Below are positions 1 through 8,387 of a stretch of DNA of 64,000 nt, piece by piece. Source of the DNA: a virus (lineage: Duplodnaviria; Caudoviricetes). Both the position numbers and the translations under genes were made by a program. Below the pieces are notes generated by a model that worked only from the letters and a program-made list of their open reading frames with translations, was not told where the DNA came from and did no database searches. The stretch lies in the IMG/VR virus record IMGVR_UViG_3300033073_001761, positions 4,547 to 68,546 of that record; one strand, written 5' to 3'. Positions within the stretch are counted from its first letter, which is position 1; the number at the start of each line of letters is the position of its first letter.

Positions 1-2
1 CC

Positions 3-134
3 GATTTCAATGGACCGGCTTACATCTGGTATCAGATCGCGGTAGACACGCATCGTAGACGCTCGGATCACGCCGTCTCGAATAATCTCCGCGGCGGCAG
101 TGCTGTCGGTGTAGTGGTAGAGATTACGTGCCAC
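3..134 (-). CDS. Partial ORF truncated by the window edge; N-terminus resembles ADP-ribosyltransferase-like (HYD-type) domains
   Basis: Read manually: GTG start with AGGAG upstream, MARNLYHYTDSTAAAEIIRDGVIRAST...; LYHYT...I...G.I..S is a typical ART-fold start; only 44 codons visible. Confidence 0.4.
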   Translation of the reverse strand, partial: MARNLYHYTDSTAAAEIIRDGVIRASTMRVYRDLIPDVSRSIEI

Positions 135-375
135 TGTCGTTGCTCCTAGTATTCGGCTGTTTGAACCACCACGGGTATAGTTCATCGACACGCTTGATTA
201 TTCTGGCCTTGGCCTTGCGGCACAAAACGTGTTGATCGGTATAAATCTTGCGCATCCAATCGTATACCCATATTGTCTTATCCCTCTGAACCCAACACGC
301 CACCGAAGATATCCCCCTACCCTCGAATGCTTTCACCCTAGCCGTTACGTACATCGCATTATTCGGGTCAAACAT
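124..375 (-). CDS. Hypothetical phage protein
   Basis: ATG with purine-rich RBS (GAAGAAAGG); co-oriented with neighbours. Confidence 0.6.
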   Translation of the reverse strand: MFDPNNAMYVTARVKAFEGRGISSVACWVQRDKTIWVYDWMRKIYTDQHVLCRKAKARIIKRVDELYPWWFKQPNTRSNDSGT

Positions 376-436
376 ACTTTACCTTTCTTCCCTTATTGCT
401 CTTTCTCGCCAATAGCTGCGCAGACATTCGTCACCC

Positions 437-1075
437 TTACCTCTCGTAATCAGCTTTGCCGCAAGCCATGCACCAGTCGTCACCGCCGAGCGTCCACTGG
501 TTGCAGTGCCGACACCGGACGTGATCGCTTGACGGCCGCACGCTATTCGGGTCGTTCTTCAGCCGGTCCACGAACCGCCGCATCCCGCCCAGCGTTTGGT
601 ACTCAGTCCGCTCGTGTCGGCCGTATCCGTAGCTAACGGTCCGCGGCTCGTATCGCTTTACCACTTCGGCAACATCATCGTTGGCGGATTCGCCAGGACG
701 CGTACAGTGTACCCAGAAATCCAGGGTGCCGGCAAGGTCAGTCAGGCGGCACTTGTATTCGCCGCTTTTCGTCTCGCCAACCCAGATTGCGTAGTAGGTC
801 TTGCCCTTGTACTTGACCTTGGCGACGATCTTAGTGTCGTCGGGTAGTTGCTTCTTAACGTCGCCGCTTTCGCTTTTGTCAGTAGCAGCTGGAGCAGCGG
901 TCAGATCCGAGATCAACTTTTCGGCCTCGGCAACCTTTCCCGTTCCTACCCACCAAGCACGCCGGGCAGGATCCCAGTGTCCGCCGAGAGCCTTGATATC
1001 GTCTTTAATCGCGTAGGTGTCGCCGATAAAGTAGACGCGGCGAGCTTCCTTTTCCAGGGTGATAGACTTTGACAC
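437..1075 (-). CDS. Hypothetical phage protein with C-terminal Zn-ribbon (CxxC...CxxC)
   Basis: TAAGGAG RBS; YAIKDDIKALGGHWDPARRAWW phage-type N-terminus; CRHC/CMAC at the C-terminus. Confidence 0.75.
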   Translation of the reverse strand: MSKSITLEKEARRVYFIGDTYAIKDDIKALGGHWDPARRAWWVGTGKVAEAEKLISDLTAAPAATDKSESGDVKKQLPDDTKIVAKVKYKGKTYYAIWVGETKSGEYKCRLTDLAGTLDFWVHCTRPGESANDDVAEVVKRYEPRTVSYGYGRHERTEYQTLGGMRRFVDRLKNDPNSVRPSSDHVRCRHCNQWTLGGDDWCMACGKADYER

Positions 1076-1093
1076 TTGATCGCTCCTTAAAAC

Positions 1094-1156
1094 TTAGCCT
1101 GCCATCTTCAGTACCAGCTAGGCTAACAGCTGGTAGACGCCCGAAGGCGTTTCGGC
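1094..1156 (-). ncRNA. Type II hammerhead ribozyme 1
   Basis: Minus strand: GCC-GAAA-CGCC(TTCG)GGCG-TC-[TACCAGC/GCTGGTA stem I]-CTGAAGA-T-GGC; stem I loop TTAGCCT pairs with downstream AGGCTAA (pseudoknot); predicted cleavage after GUC between 1136 and 1135. Confidence 0.88.
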
Positions 1157-1282
1157 TTATCGACCGCGACTCGTGTAATAATCGAAACCAAGCATCCCGA
1201 TTGCGAGAAACAAGCTGATGTACCCAAACACCACATTTCCGACCGCAAACTGAACAGCCGCGTTGATTAGATTGATAGTCAT
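1157..1282 (-). CDS. 41-aa hydrophobic peptide, not in the ORF track
   Basis: AGGAG RBS; MTINLINAAVQFAVGNVVFGYISLFLAIGMLGFDYYTSRGR; stop abuts ribozyme 1. Confidence 0.6.
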   Translation of the reverse strand: MTINLINAAVQFAVGNVVFGYISLFLAIGMLGFDYYTSRGR

Positions 1283-1336
1283 TTTCGATTCTCCTAACTT
1301 CCCTGCTTCACCATTCCAAACCACTACCGCAACTGC

Positions 1337-1438
1337 TTACCGACGATCGTTCCGGGCATCGGCCATGGCCTGCGACCAGACCACTTCGCTAGCGACAACC
1401 GAGGCAACCAATGCGGCGATTACGATGATCACTTCCAC
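1337..1438 (-). CDS. 33-aa single-TM peptide (true start of track ORF 1337..1600)
   Basis: GGAG 8 nt before GTG; MEVIIVIAALVASVVASEVVWSQAMADARNDRR. Confidence 0.55.
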   Translation of the reverse strand: MEVIIVIAALVASVVASEVVWSQAMADARNDRR

Positions 1439-1453
1439 TTCGAGCACTCCATT

Positions 1454-1515
1454 TAGCCTGCCATCATCAGTGGTCACCCGGCTACTGGTGACCAGACGCC
1501 CGAGGGCGTTTCGGC
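1454..1515 (-). ncRNA. Type II hammerhead ribozyme 2
   Basis: Minus strand: GCC-GAAA-CGCC(CTCG)GGCG-TC-[TGGTCACC/GGTGACCA stem I]-CTGATGA-T-GGC; loop TAGCC pairs with downstream GGCTA; predicted cleavage between 1495 and 1494. Confidence 0.9.
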
Positions 1516-1517
1516 GA

Positions 1518-1604
1518 TTAGTGATACCGTCGCTCGCGTCGCAGATCCAAGTGGCACCGATAGGCCACGAAGCTGATAAACGCGAGTAGTACGATTTCAT
1601 CCAT
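1518..1604 (-). CDS. 28-aa hydrophobic/basic peptide, not in the ORF track
   Basis: TAAGGAG RBS; MDEIVLLAFISFVAYRCHLDLRRERRYH; stop abuts ribozyme 2. Confidence 0.55.
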   Translation of the reverse strand: MDEIVLLAFISFVAYRCHLDLRRERRYH

Positions 1605-1670
1605 GACTAGCTCCTTAGATCGCTACTACCATCACCCCTACATTACAGTATTCGCTCGCCGTATCTAATA

Positions 1671-1686
1671 TTGGCGAATCCGCCAA
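1671..1686. promoter_or_regulatory. Palindromic operator candidate TTGGCG-N4-CGCCAA, copy 1
   Basis: Perfect 6-bp inverted repeat in an AT-rich intergenic region; second copy at 2196-2211. Confidence 0.55.
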
Positions 1687-1768
1687 ATTATTTCAAAATA
1701 ATTTTCTTGGCGATATTACATTCCCAAGCAGGTCGGGCCAATCCCTCGCTCGATAGACTCGGGAGTAG

Positions 1769-2125
1769 TCAGCGGGCGACCGCAGCGGCCGCAGCGGCCT
1801 CGATTGCGTCGCCCTCGCCGGCGAAAATGCGGTAGAGTGTGCGGGTCAGTAGCTTCCAGGGCCACGAAGTTTCCGGGAGCGACGACTTAGCGGTCCGCCA
1901 AACTTCGCCATTCGGTCCGAGCTTGCCGACGTAAGTGTAATCGCTGGTGTTATCGGGACCGGTGAGGATCGAAACAAAGTAGCATTCGTCGTACTTGTCC
2001 GTCTTAGCTTTGTGGCAGACCTTGAACGTGTAATGTGACGTGCCGAGGTGCTGGTATTGTTCCGGAACCTCGATCGTGAAAATCGCCTTGCCCGCGGTGA
2101 TGAATTCTTTGGTAACCATAATCAC
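1769..2125 (-). CDS. Conserved-type hypothetical phage protein
   Basis: AAAGGG RBS; FITAGKAIFTI...HYTFKV...LTGPDN pattern typical of phage early proteins. Confidence 0.7.
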   Translation of the reverse strand: MIMVTKEFITAGKAIFTIEVPEQYQHLGTSHYTFKVCHKAKTDKYDECYFVSILTGPDNTSDYTYVGKLGPNGEVWRTAKSSLPETSWPWKLLTRTLYRIFAGEGDAIEAAAAAAVAR

Positions 2126-2195
2126 TGCCCTTTCTCAATCATCTGCAATCCTGCGATCATCCGCACATAACGGTATTCGCGACCGGAAAGCAATA

Positions 2196-2211
2196 TTGGC
2201 GGATTCGCCAA
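2196..2211. promoter_or_regulatory. Palindromic operator candidate TTGGCG-N4-CGCCAA, copy 2
   Basis: Exact reverse complement of 1671-1686; same AATA 5' flank and shared GTATTCGC upstream. Confidence 0.55.
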
Positions 2212-2213
2212 CA

Positions 2214-2516
2214 TTATTCTGGAGAATATTCCTCGCATCGGTAGCAGTGCTCACGCGGGCGGACGCGGCGACCAAGTAGCTCGCATTCGCGGGGCCAGGA
2301 GAAAGGACAGGAGCCGGGTTTGCGCGAACCTGGATCGACTAGCTGGCCGAGGTGCTCGCAAGGTCGAGCGGCAAAATTGTTGGCGCGGATAGGGCCGACG
2401 GGAGAAGATACCTGGGGAGCTTCGGCCCTAATCTGGGGAGCTTCGGCCCTTGCCTGGGGAGCTTCGGCCCTTGCAGCCGATTTTGCGAGATCAAACAACC
2501 GAGAACTCGAGCGCAT
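2214..2516 (-). CDS. Small Cys-rich hypothetical protein with RAEAPQ repeats
   Basis: C-terminal part of track ORF 2214..2591: PCEHLG...C...C...CYRCEEY; start inferred at ATG 2516. Confidence 0.45.
   Translation of the reverse strand: MRSSSRLFDLAKSAARAEAPQARAEAPQIRAEAPQVSSPVGPIRANNFAARPCEHLGQLVDPGSRKPGSCPFSWPRECELLGRRVRPREHCYRCEEYSPE
2412..2474. repeat. 21-bp tandem repeat x3 (CTGGGGAGCTTCGGCCCTTGC)
   Basis: Three direct copies with no spacers. Confidence 0.95.
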
Positions 2517-3546
2517 CGATCGCACCTGGCTTGTCAATAGTGATGCAACCACCAGCCGGGCCAACAAACGGCAACGCCGCGGCGATCGCAATATCGGGGA
2601 AATCTGGATCGTTACCCGGCCAGTCGTCCTCGAATCTTACGCGACCTACCCACTGCTGCGATCCAAACTCGGGGTCGGCACGATCGTAAAACGCGTCGGC
2701 CCAAAGCACCCGAACGTCGGCAGCTGGAGCCAGCCCATTGACGTGACCTAAAGAATTGCTCACCGAATCCAACCAGACCAGCGGCACGTGCGGCCGGCAC
2801 CAATTGACGCCACCGAGGTCACCGCCGTGATTCGGGCCTCGGCAGGTATTTGCGATCGTCGCTGGCGAGTAAACGTAGCGGTCGATTTCGACGCCGAAAC
2901 TCACGGACGGCTGCACGGCGCTCGAGTAATTCCCCTGGAGCAGCGTATCACAATCGCGGCTATCGTTCGGCAGGTTGCTAATCGTCGCGGTCACCGAGTT
3001 TGGCTTGCTCGCGGCCAGCCAGCGGGCGAGGGTGACAAAGGGCACCAAGGCAAACGTTTCGCCGGCGAGCCCAGATTCCGACCGTGGGCAGATTTTGCGT
3101 CGGCCGGCTTCTAGGGATTCGTCGACGACAGATACTAGGTTGTCGGCCTCGGCATCATAGACGTAATTCGCGTAGTAGTCGTCGTCCCAGAGTGAAAGGT
3201 CAATGCCGTGCTGCAGTGTTTCGCCGACCGTAGCCTTGCGAATTCTTAGCACCGCGCCAATTCCGTCACCTTCATCGTCACGTGTGTAATACCAAGCGTC
3301 CGTGTCTTGCGACAAGTATTTGACAACGAGCCCCGGAACGCCGGCATAACCGGGATTCGGGATTCTCGCACCAGTCGGCACGCCGTTTAGATTCGCGTAC
3401 GTTTCGATGAGTATTAGCGTGTTTTGCCAGGGAGCTTCGCCGAGGATTCGCTGCGTGCGATCGACGGAAGCCGTGCGGGCCGACAGGTAGGGTCGCTTGA
3501 TTCGGCAGTCGGTCTGACAGCAGCAAAAGCCAAGTCCGAAGCCCAT
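2491..3546 (-). CDS. Hypothetical, probable virion/tail protein
   Basis: 351 aa; N-terminal CCC motif; end of the late minus-strand operon. Confidence 0.6.
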   Translation of the reverse strand: MGFGLGFCCCQTDCRIKRPYLSARTASVDRTQRILGEAPWQNTLILIETYANLNGVPTGARIPNPGYAGVPGLVVKYLSQDTDAWYYTRDDEGDGIGAVLRIRKATVGETLQHGIDLSLWDDDYYANYVYDAEADNLVSVVDESLEAGRRKICPRSESGLAGETFALVPFVTLARWLAASKPNSVTATISNLPNDSRDCDTLLQGNYSSAVQPSVSFGVEIDRYVYSPATIANTCRGPNHGGDLGGVNWCRPHVPLVWLDSVSNSLGHVNGLAPAADVRVLWADAFYDRADPEFGSQQWVGRVRFEDDWPGNDPDFPDIAIAAALPFVGPAGGCITIDKPGAIDALEFSVV

Positions 3547-3575
3547 AGCTACCTTCTCCCGCTGGCCTGGACTGC

Positions 3576-5063
3576 CTACTCGCCCGCCTGCTCGCAGTTG
3601 TACGCGATCACAACACCGTCAACCGCTGCAATCGTCGTCGCCGCCGGCAGCACCTGCGACGTCGCTAATAGCCCGGCATCAGAAACGACTGTCCCGCCTG
3701 CGGTCGTCGCGGTTCCCTGGCTCACCAGTTCCTCGGTCAGAGTGCTGACATACAGGCCACCAGTTTCGGTCTGGTGTCGGATCGGTGGAGCGATGACCGG
3801 TAGCTCGCGGCGAATCAAAGTAGTTGTCAAACTGTTCTCGATCAATTTGAAAATGGCATCAGTCACCGCCGAACCGTCGACGTTGATTTCTAATCCAGCG
3901 GCGTAAACCCTCCGCATCGGTGAGGCCGCGGCCGCGGATCGATCGAAGTATCTTGCGGCGATGTCGGCCCAAGGATCGGCAACGTCGTCTCGGCCTGGCA
4001 GCGAATCTTGTACCCGCGGCACTTGCACCCGCGCTGTCGTTTCGCGGACCACTTGCTCGGCGGTTCGGCCGGAATCCACCGTCGCCGGCGACCACGGTTG
4101 CGGGTCGTCGTGGTCAACTGGCCGGCGGGAGAAGAGGTCAACCCGCTCAACCTCAAACGCACCTCGGAATATCAGCGGGCGAGCGTCGTAGATCAAATAG
4201 CCGGCAATTTTGCTCTCGATCCCGTCGTCGTTGTTGATCGTCGTATTACCCTTAAACGACAGCGAGTTGCCGTCAATCCTCTTGATCGCCCAGCCCTTGG
4301 TCGCGAAATCCCAGCCGATCACACAGTGTGCGTAGTCAACCAGCTCGCAGATCGCACGCCAGATTGACCGTTGCTCGAACCGCAAGTTTTCCGGCGTCCA
4401 AGTCGGCGCGTCGGGCCAGGCCGGCGGGGAAGTGAGCCCGTCGCCGCCCGGTTGCGTTGTGAACGGTAGTCGCGACCAGAGATCAGCCAGAATCTGCGAC
4501 CACGTCCACGGTTGCCCGCTCCGCAGTGTCGCAGCCTTGTAGTTTCGGGTATCACCAGTGCCGTTGCTTGCCCAGACATTGTAAGCCGCGGCGGGCCACT
4601 CGCTCGGTCGGGCACCTGCTCCCGCCGGCCCTCCGATCCCAGGACCAGTCGACGTACGTAGCCACCACCAGCGAGGGTCGACGACGCGACACGCGACGAC
4701 GGATTCGCTGCCGAGCGTTTCACCGTCTTCGGTTGTCAATTCGCGGACGGTTCGGCCGAAATACTCATACGCTTCGATAATTGTTAGATTGTGAATCTCG
4801 ACTGCCCAAGGTAGATTCGCAGCGTAGGGCGTGTTGTGGAATCGCAATGGCTTTAACTTGTCGACCATTGCAAGGTCATGATACTGTTTGACGGTTGAGC
4901 GAGGCAAGAGTATCCAGCCTTCGCCGTGATCCAGGCCGACCGGTAAGCGGAAAGTGCCGATTGGCAGGTCGGTGCGAACAATCGTCCCCTCGGCCTGGAG
5001 TTGCCGGGCTTGGGCGGTAGGTAGTCGCAGGCAGGGCCAGTCGCCGAAGGTGAGGCCGGGCAT
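3576..5063 (-). CDS. Hypothetical, probable tail/baseplate-hub-like virion protein
   Basis: 495 aa, coupled to the upstream ORF; function inferred from context only. Confidence 0.55.
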   Translation of the reverse strand: MPGLTFGDWPCLRLPTAQARQLQAEGTIVRTDLPIGTFRLPVGLDHGEGWILLPRSTVKQYHDLAMVDKLKPLRFHNTPYAANLPWAVEIHNLTIIEAYEYFGRTVRELTTEDGETLGSESVVACRVVDPRWWWLRTSTGPGIGGPAGAGARPSEWPAAAYNVWASNGTGDTRNYKAATLRSGQPWTWSQILADLWSRLPFTTQPGGDGLTSPPAWPDAPTWTPENLRFEQRSIWRAICELVDYAHCVIGWDFATKGWAIKRIDGNSLSFKGNTTINNDDGIESKIAGYLIYDARPLIFRGAFEVERVDLFSRRPVDHDDPQPWSPATVDSGRTAEQVVRETTARVQVPRVQDSLPGRDDVADPWADIAARYFDRSAAAASPMRRVYAAGLEINVDGSAVTDAIFKLIENSLTTTLIRRELPVIAPPIRHQTETGGLYVSTLTEELVSQGTATTAGGTVVSDAGLLATSQVLPAATTIAAVDGVVIAYNCEQAGE

Positions 5064-6919
5064 TAGTGCTTACCAAACAGAGTTAATAGACTGGAAAATG
5101 CTTGTGTCACTGCTTGTTGGAACGCGAGGTTTTCCATCGCGTCGACTATGGCGCCGGCACCCGAAAATGAACGATCGGTAGCTTTTTTGCTTGAATCTGT
5201 CCCACTAGAATCTTTCGCCGACGGGTGAGGCAGCTTTTTGCCAATCACTCGCTCAAGTAGCCTTTTCTGTCGAATGATCGTTGGTTCACTCGGATCATAC
5301 TGCACGCCGATAAGGTCCAAGGCGTGATTCAAATCTTGATCCACCATCTGCCTGACACCAGTTTCTTGAGTGGACAAGTAGCTAGGCAGTCGCCGATTGG
5401 AACCAGAGAACGACGGCGAATTACTTTTCGTCGATTTCTCTTCCTTAGCCTTCGATTGCTTTTGCAGTTTCTGTTTTTGCTGTCCCTTCCCTTTTGTCAC
5501 GTCCTTGACTTCGCCTTCGATTCCGTACTTTCGCCGATATTTCTCAGCCTGCTCTCGGCTCGGGAACCACCTCTTTGTTCCTTCGATCCGAAATCCCATT
5601 CGCCGCTTACCGCTAGACGCAGACGTCGGAATCCCTCGCGATTGCAATTCCGCTCGCGACGCCGCACGCACCGGCCGATTCTGCAACCGTCCACTGGTCC
5701 CCAGGTCAGGAAGCGGGAACGCGGAACCACCTTTACCTTTATCCGTCCCGAACAGCCACGGCCAGGCCAAAGCTAAGCCGTCGCCCGTGTCACTCTTCCC
5801 GCCGATCAAATAAGGTAGCCCACTTGCAAAATCCTTACCCGCAGCGTGCAGCGGGCCGAGCGCCCAGGCGACGGTCGCGATACCGCCGAGGATTCCGACA
5901 CCGATTGCAATTCCTGGCGCGCCCACAGCCATCATTGCCCCGACGGCCAGCATTGTACCCTTGCCCAGCCCGTACGCTGCAGACCCGGCGATTGCAAGTT
6001 TAACCGCTCGGCGGCCTAGCTCGGCCACTCCCTTGGTATAATTGCTTACCGCTCGGCTAACGATACGACCGGTGAGCCAATCACCTGCGTCGAGAGTCTC
6101 CCACATGACCCGGCTCAGGTTCTTTGCGAGGGCCATGGCCGCGAGGCCGACGCCGCGAGGGTCTTTCGCCTTGTCGGCCCGTTTCGATAAGTTTTCGACA
6201 ATTCCGCGAACACCTTCGGCGAGATCTGCGGCTGATTTGGACTTCGTCAAGACCGCCGCGACCATCCCCTGCATCGCATTGAACGCGCCAGCGTCCAGCC
6301 CGTCGATTACTGGTGGCTGAGCCTTAGTGACCGCGTCCGTTAGCCGCTGTCGAATCCGCTGCGTGTGATTTTTTCTCGCGGCGACGACGTCAGGGTCTTT
6401 CGCAAGCCGTGCTACTTGGTCGGCAATCCCATCGAAATCGGCTTCGGCGTCAGCGAAAGCGGTGGCGACAATAGATTCTGGAGATTCTGGGCCAGCGCCC
6501 TCGCCTTCGCTATCGCCACCCTCGCTTGCACCTGCGCCGCCACTTCTCCCGCCGGCCTCGGTCTTATTGCCATCGGCGAACGCGGCCGTTTCCTCGGCTT
6601 TAGCCTCTTGCCGTTCGCCATACTCAGCCGCTGCATCGCTGGTCGCACGATCTTCGCCGAGTTCGCCGCCGCCGCTCCGGCCGGAGCGAGTTTCGAGCAC
6701 CTTGCCTCCGGTCCGCTTCGCGACGACCGCGGCCTCTTCGGGCTCCAGTCCGTATCTCGGCGGGCGACCGTCTTGGTAGGCGACCTTGACACCCATGCGG
6801 CGATAGCTGGGATTCGTGTAATAGACCTTGGCCTGGTCCCTGAGAGTCTTCTTATACTCCGGAAATAATTGGAGTATTGTTCGCCGGGTGCTAGGCGATA
6901 GGTTAGCAAATGCAAGCAT
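5063..6919 (-). CDS. Putative head-cargo/ejection protein with two RMG modules and a hydrophobic hairpin
   Basis: RRMGVKV... and RRMGFRIEGTKRWF... modules; Gly/Ala-rich TM hairpin; paralogous to 7290..8288 and 23428..24357. Confidence 0.65.
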   Translation of the reverse strand: MLAFANLSPSTRRTILQLFPEYKKTLRDQAKVYYTNPSYRRMGVKVAYQDGRPPRYGLEPEEAAVVAKRTGGKVLETRSGRSGGGELGEDRATSDAAAEYGERQEAKAEETAAFADGNKTEAGGRSGGAGASEGGDSEGEGAGPESPESIVATAFADAEADFDGIADQVARLAKDPDVVAARKNHTQRIRQRLTDAVTKAQPPVIDGLDAGAFNAMQGMVAAVLTKSKSAADLAEGVRGIVENLSKRADKAKDPRGVGLAAMALAKNLSRVMWETLDAGDWLTGRIVSRAVSNYTKGVAELGRRAVKLAIAGSAAYGLGKGTMLAVGAMMAVGAPGIAIGVGILGGIATVAWALGPLHAAGKDFASGLPYLIGGKSDTGDGLALAWPWLFGTDKGKGGSAFPLPDLGTSGRLQNRPVRAASRAELQSRGIPTSASSGKRRMGFRIEGTKRWFPSREQAEKYRRKYGIEGEVKDVTKGKGQQKQKLQKQSKAKEEKSTKSNSPSFSGSNRRLPSYLSTQETGVRQMVDQDLNHALDLIGVQYDPSEPTIIRQKRLLERVIGKKLPHPSAKDSSGTDSSKKATDRSFSGAGAIVDAMENLAFQQAVTQAFSSLLTLFGKH

Positions 6920-6963
6920 GGGAAAGTTCTCGCTGTCAAAGATTCGGTAGACTGTTCAGCTTT

Positions 6964-7293
6964 TCACCGCATCACGATCAAATCACCTCGGATACCTGAT
7001 CCGCCGGCAGCGAGTGTGATCACAACCTTGCTCTTGCCGTCGAAAGGTAGTCCTGCAGGCGGGTTCGAAAACTCGAACTCGTGTGGTCCACCAGTGACGA
7101 TCGGGAGTGTAAACACGACTCGCTCAAGCTCGTCCGCCGCCGAATATTCGGCAACGGTGATCCTGCCACCGGTTGGCGTTGCCGAGTATCCGCACCAGAT
7201 TTTCGAGATCGTCACCCGATAGGGATCGATCGGAATCGTAATCACGACGTCAGTGTTGGTTTCATTATCAAGAGCAATTGAACGTAAGATCAT
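6964..7293 (-). CDS. Hypothetical beta-rich protein
   Basis: 109 aa, ATGA overlap with the upstream ORF. Confidence 0.65.
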   Translation of the reverse strand: MILRSIALDNETNTDVVITIPIDPYRVTISKIWCGYSATPTGGRITVAEYSAADELERVVFTLPIVTGGPHEFEFSNPPAGLPFDGKSKVVITLAAGGSGIRGDLIVMR

Positions 7294-8288
7294 CGGAAAG
7301 TCCTCGCTTGTTTCTTGCCGCGTCGCGGTGGCAACGCAAACGGGAACGGCGATCCGCCCCGATTTTTGTCAGACGAAAATAAGAACGTCCAAGCGAATCG
7401 GATCGGAGCACGCGGGCCAAGGTAGTCGAGCCCGTCCTTGCTACCGCCGAGACGGAATAGCGATTGCAGTAAATCTTGGTGAGCAGCCGCCCATGGGCCG
7501 AGCGTCCAGAGGGCACCAGCGACCATCGAGCCGAGGAAAACCTTACTCGCGACCGCTGAGCCCATAATCCCCGCGAAAATCACTGGTGACGCGAAGGAAA
7601 AGCCGATCACGCCGAGCACGCCCCAAGCAATGCCGACCATCACTGATCGCTTATACACGTCATAGATTCTGGTTCCCTGGAACTGTCTCGCTCCGTTGGC
7701 GATTTGCCGGCCGAGAAACCGAGCAGCCTTGCCGAGCGTCGATTGCTCTTGCGGTCCTTGTTCGGAGTATTCGCGGAGCTGTCGGACACCGCCGTAGTAA
7801 GCATCGTGCCACTGCTCGGCTGTCTGGGCACCGAGCATGCCGCGGATCATGCTGCCCGCGATTTGGCCGGCGGGTGAAGGGTGCTGTTGGCCGGTGATGT
7901 AAGGGTCGGATCGGTCCCAGACTGGTTGCGGGACCGATTGCAGGATCGGGCCGGTCTGCCGGGCAAGCTGCTCATGCTGGGCGTAGATTGCTTCCGGCGA
8001 TAAGGCTTCGTGGTACGATTGGTGCTGCGATTGCTGCGATTGCGAATATTGAACTGGCTGCCCAAACTGGTCGTAACCGCCGTGATTTTGGCCGCTTTGG
8101 CGAGGTTCGTAGACTTCGCCACCGTGATGTTGGGCGTAGCGATGCGCAGATTGTTCGTCGTCGAAGTAGTAGCGATCGCCGGAATGAGTCAGAACGGCTG
8201 TCTGGGCCATCCGAAAGAATCGACGGCCAGCGGCGGGCGATGGCAGCGACAAGATTTGGTCAATCAGTGTTGCTGCTGCTGCTGCCAT
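7290..8288 (-). CDS. Putative head-cargo membrane protein with RMA module
   Basis: FRMAQ...YYFDDEQSAHRYAQHHGGEVYE module; hydrophobic hairpin; C-terminus FAWTFLFSSDKNRGGSPFP matches LAWPWLFGTDKGKGGSAFP of 5063..6919. Confidence 0.65.
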   Translation of the reverse strand: MAAAAATLIDQILSLPSPAAGRRFFRMAQTAVLTHSGDRYYFDDEQSAHRYAQHHGGEVYEPRQSGQNHGGYDQFGQPVQYSQSQQSQHQSYHEALSPEAIYAQHEQLARQTGPILQSVPQPVWDRSDPYITGQQHPSPAGQIAGSMIRGMLGAQTAEQWHDAYYGGVRQLREYSEQGPQEQSTLGKAARFLGRQIANGARQFQGTRIYDVYKRSVMVGIAWGVLGVIGFSFASPVIFAGIMGSAVASKVFLGSMVAGALWTLGPWAAAHQDLLQSLFRLGGSKDGLDYLGPRAPIRFAWTFLFSSDKNRGGSPFPFALPPRRGKKQARTFR

Positions 8289-8387
8289 TGGCGGTAAATC
8301 CTGTCGGTCGCGTCGCGGTCTGCTTTTCGGCCAGTAATCCGGTCAGGCTAATATTTTCGCGACCGACAGGATAATCTGCTGACGCGA

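Noticed and set aside
1337-1600. 87-aa ORF as listed in the track
   Set aside because: It runs through ribozyme 2 and lacks a well-placed RBS; two shorter ORFs with clear RBSs (1518..1604 and 1337..1438) fit better.
2412-2474. CRISPR array
   Set aside because: Repeats are directly adjacent with no spacers, and no cas genes are present.
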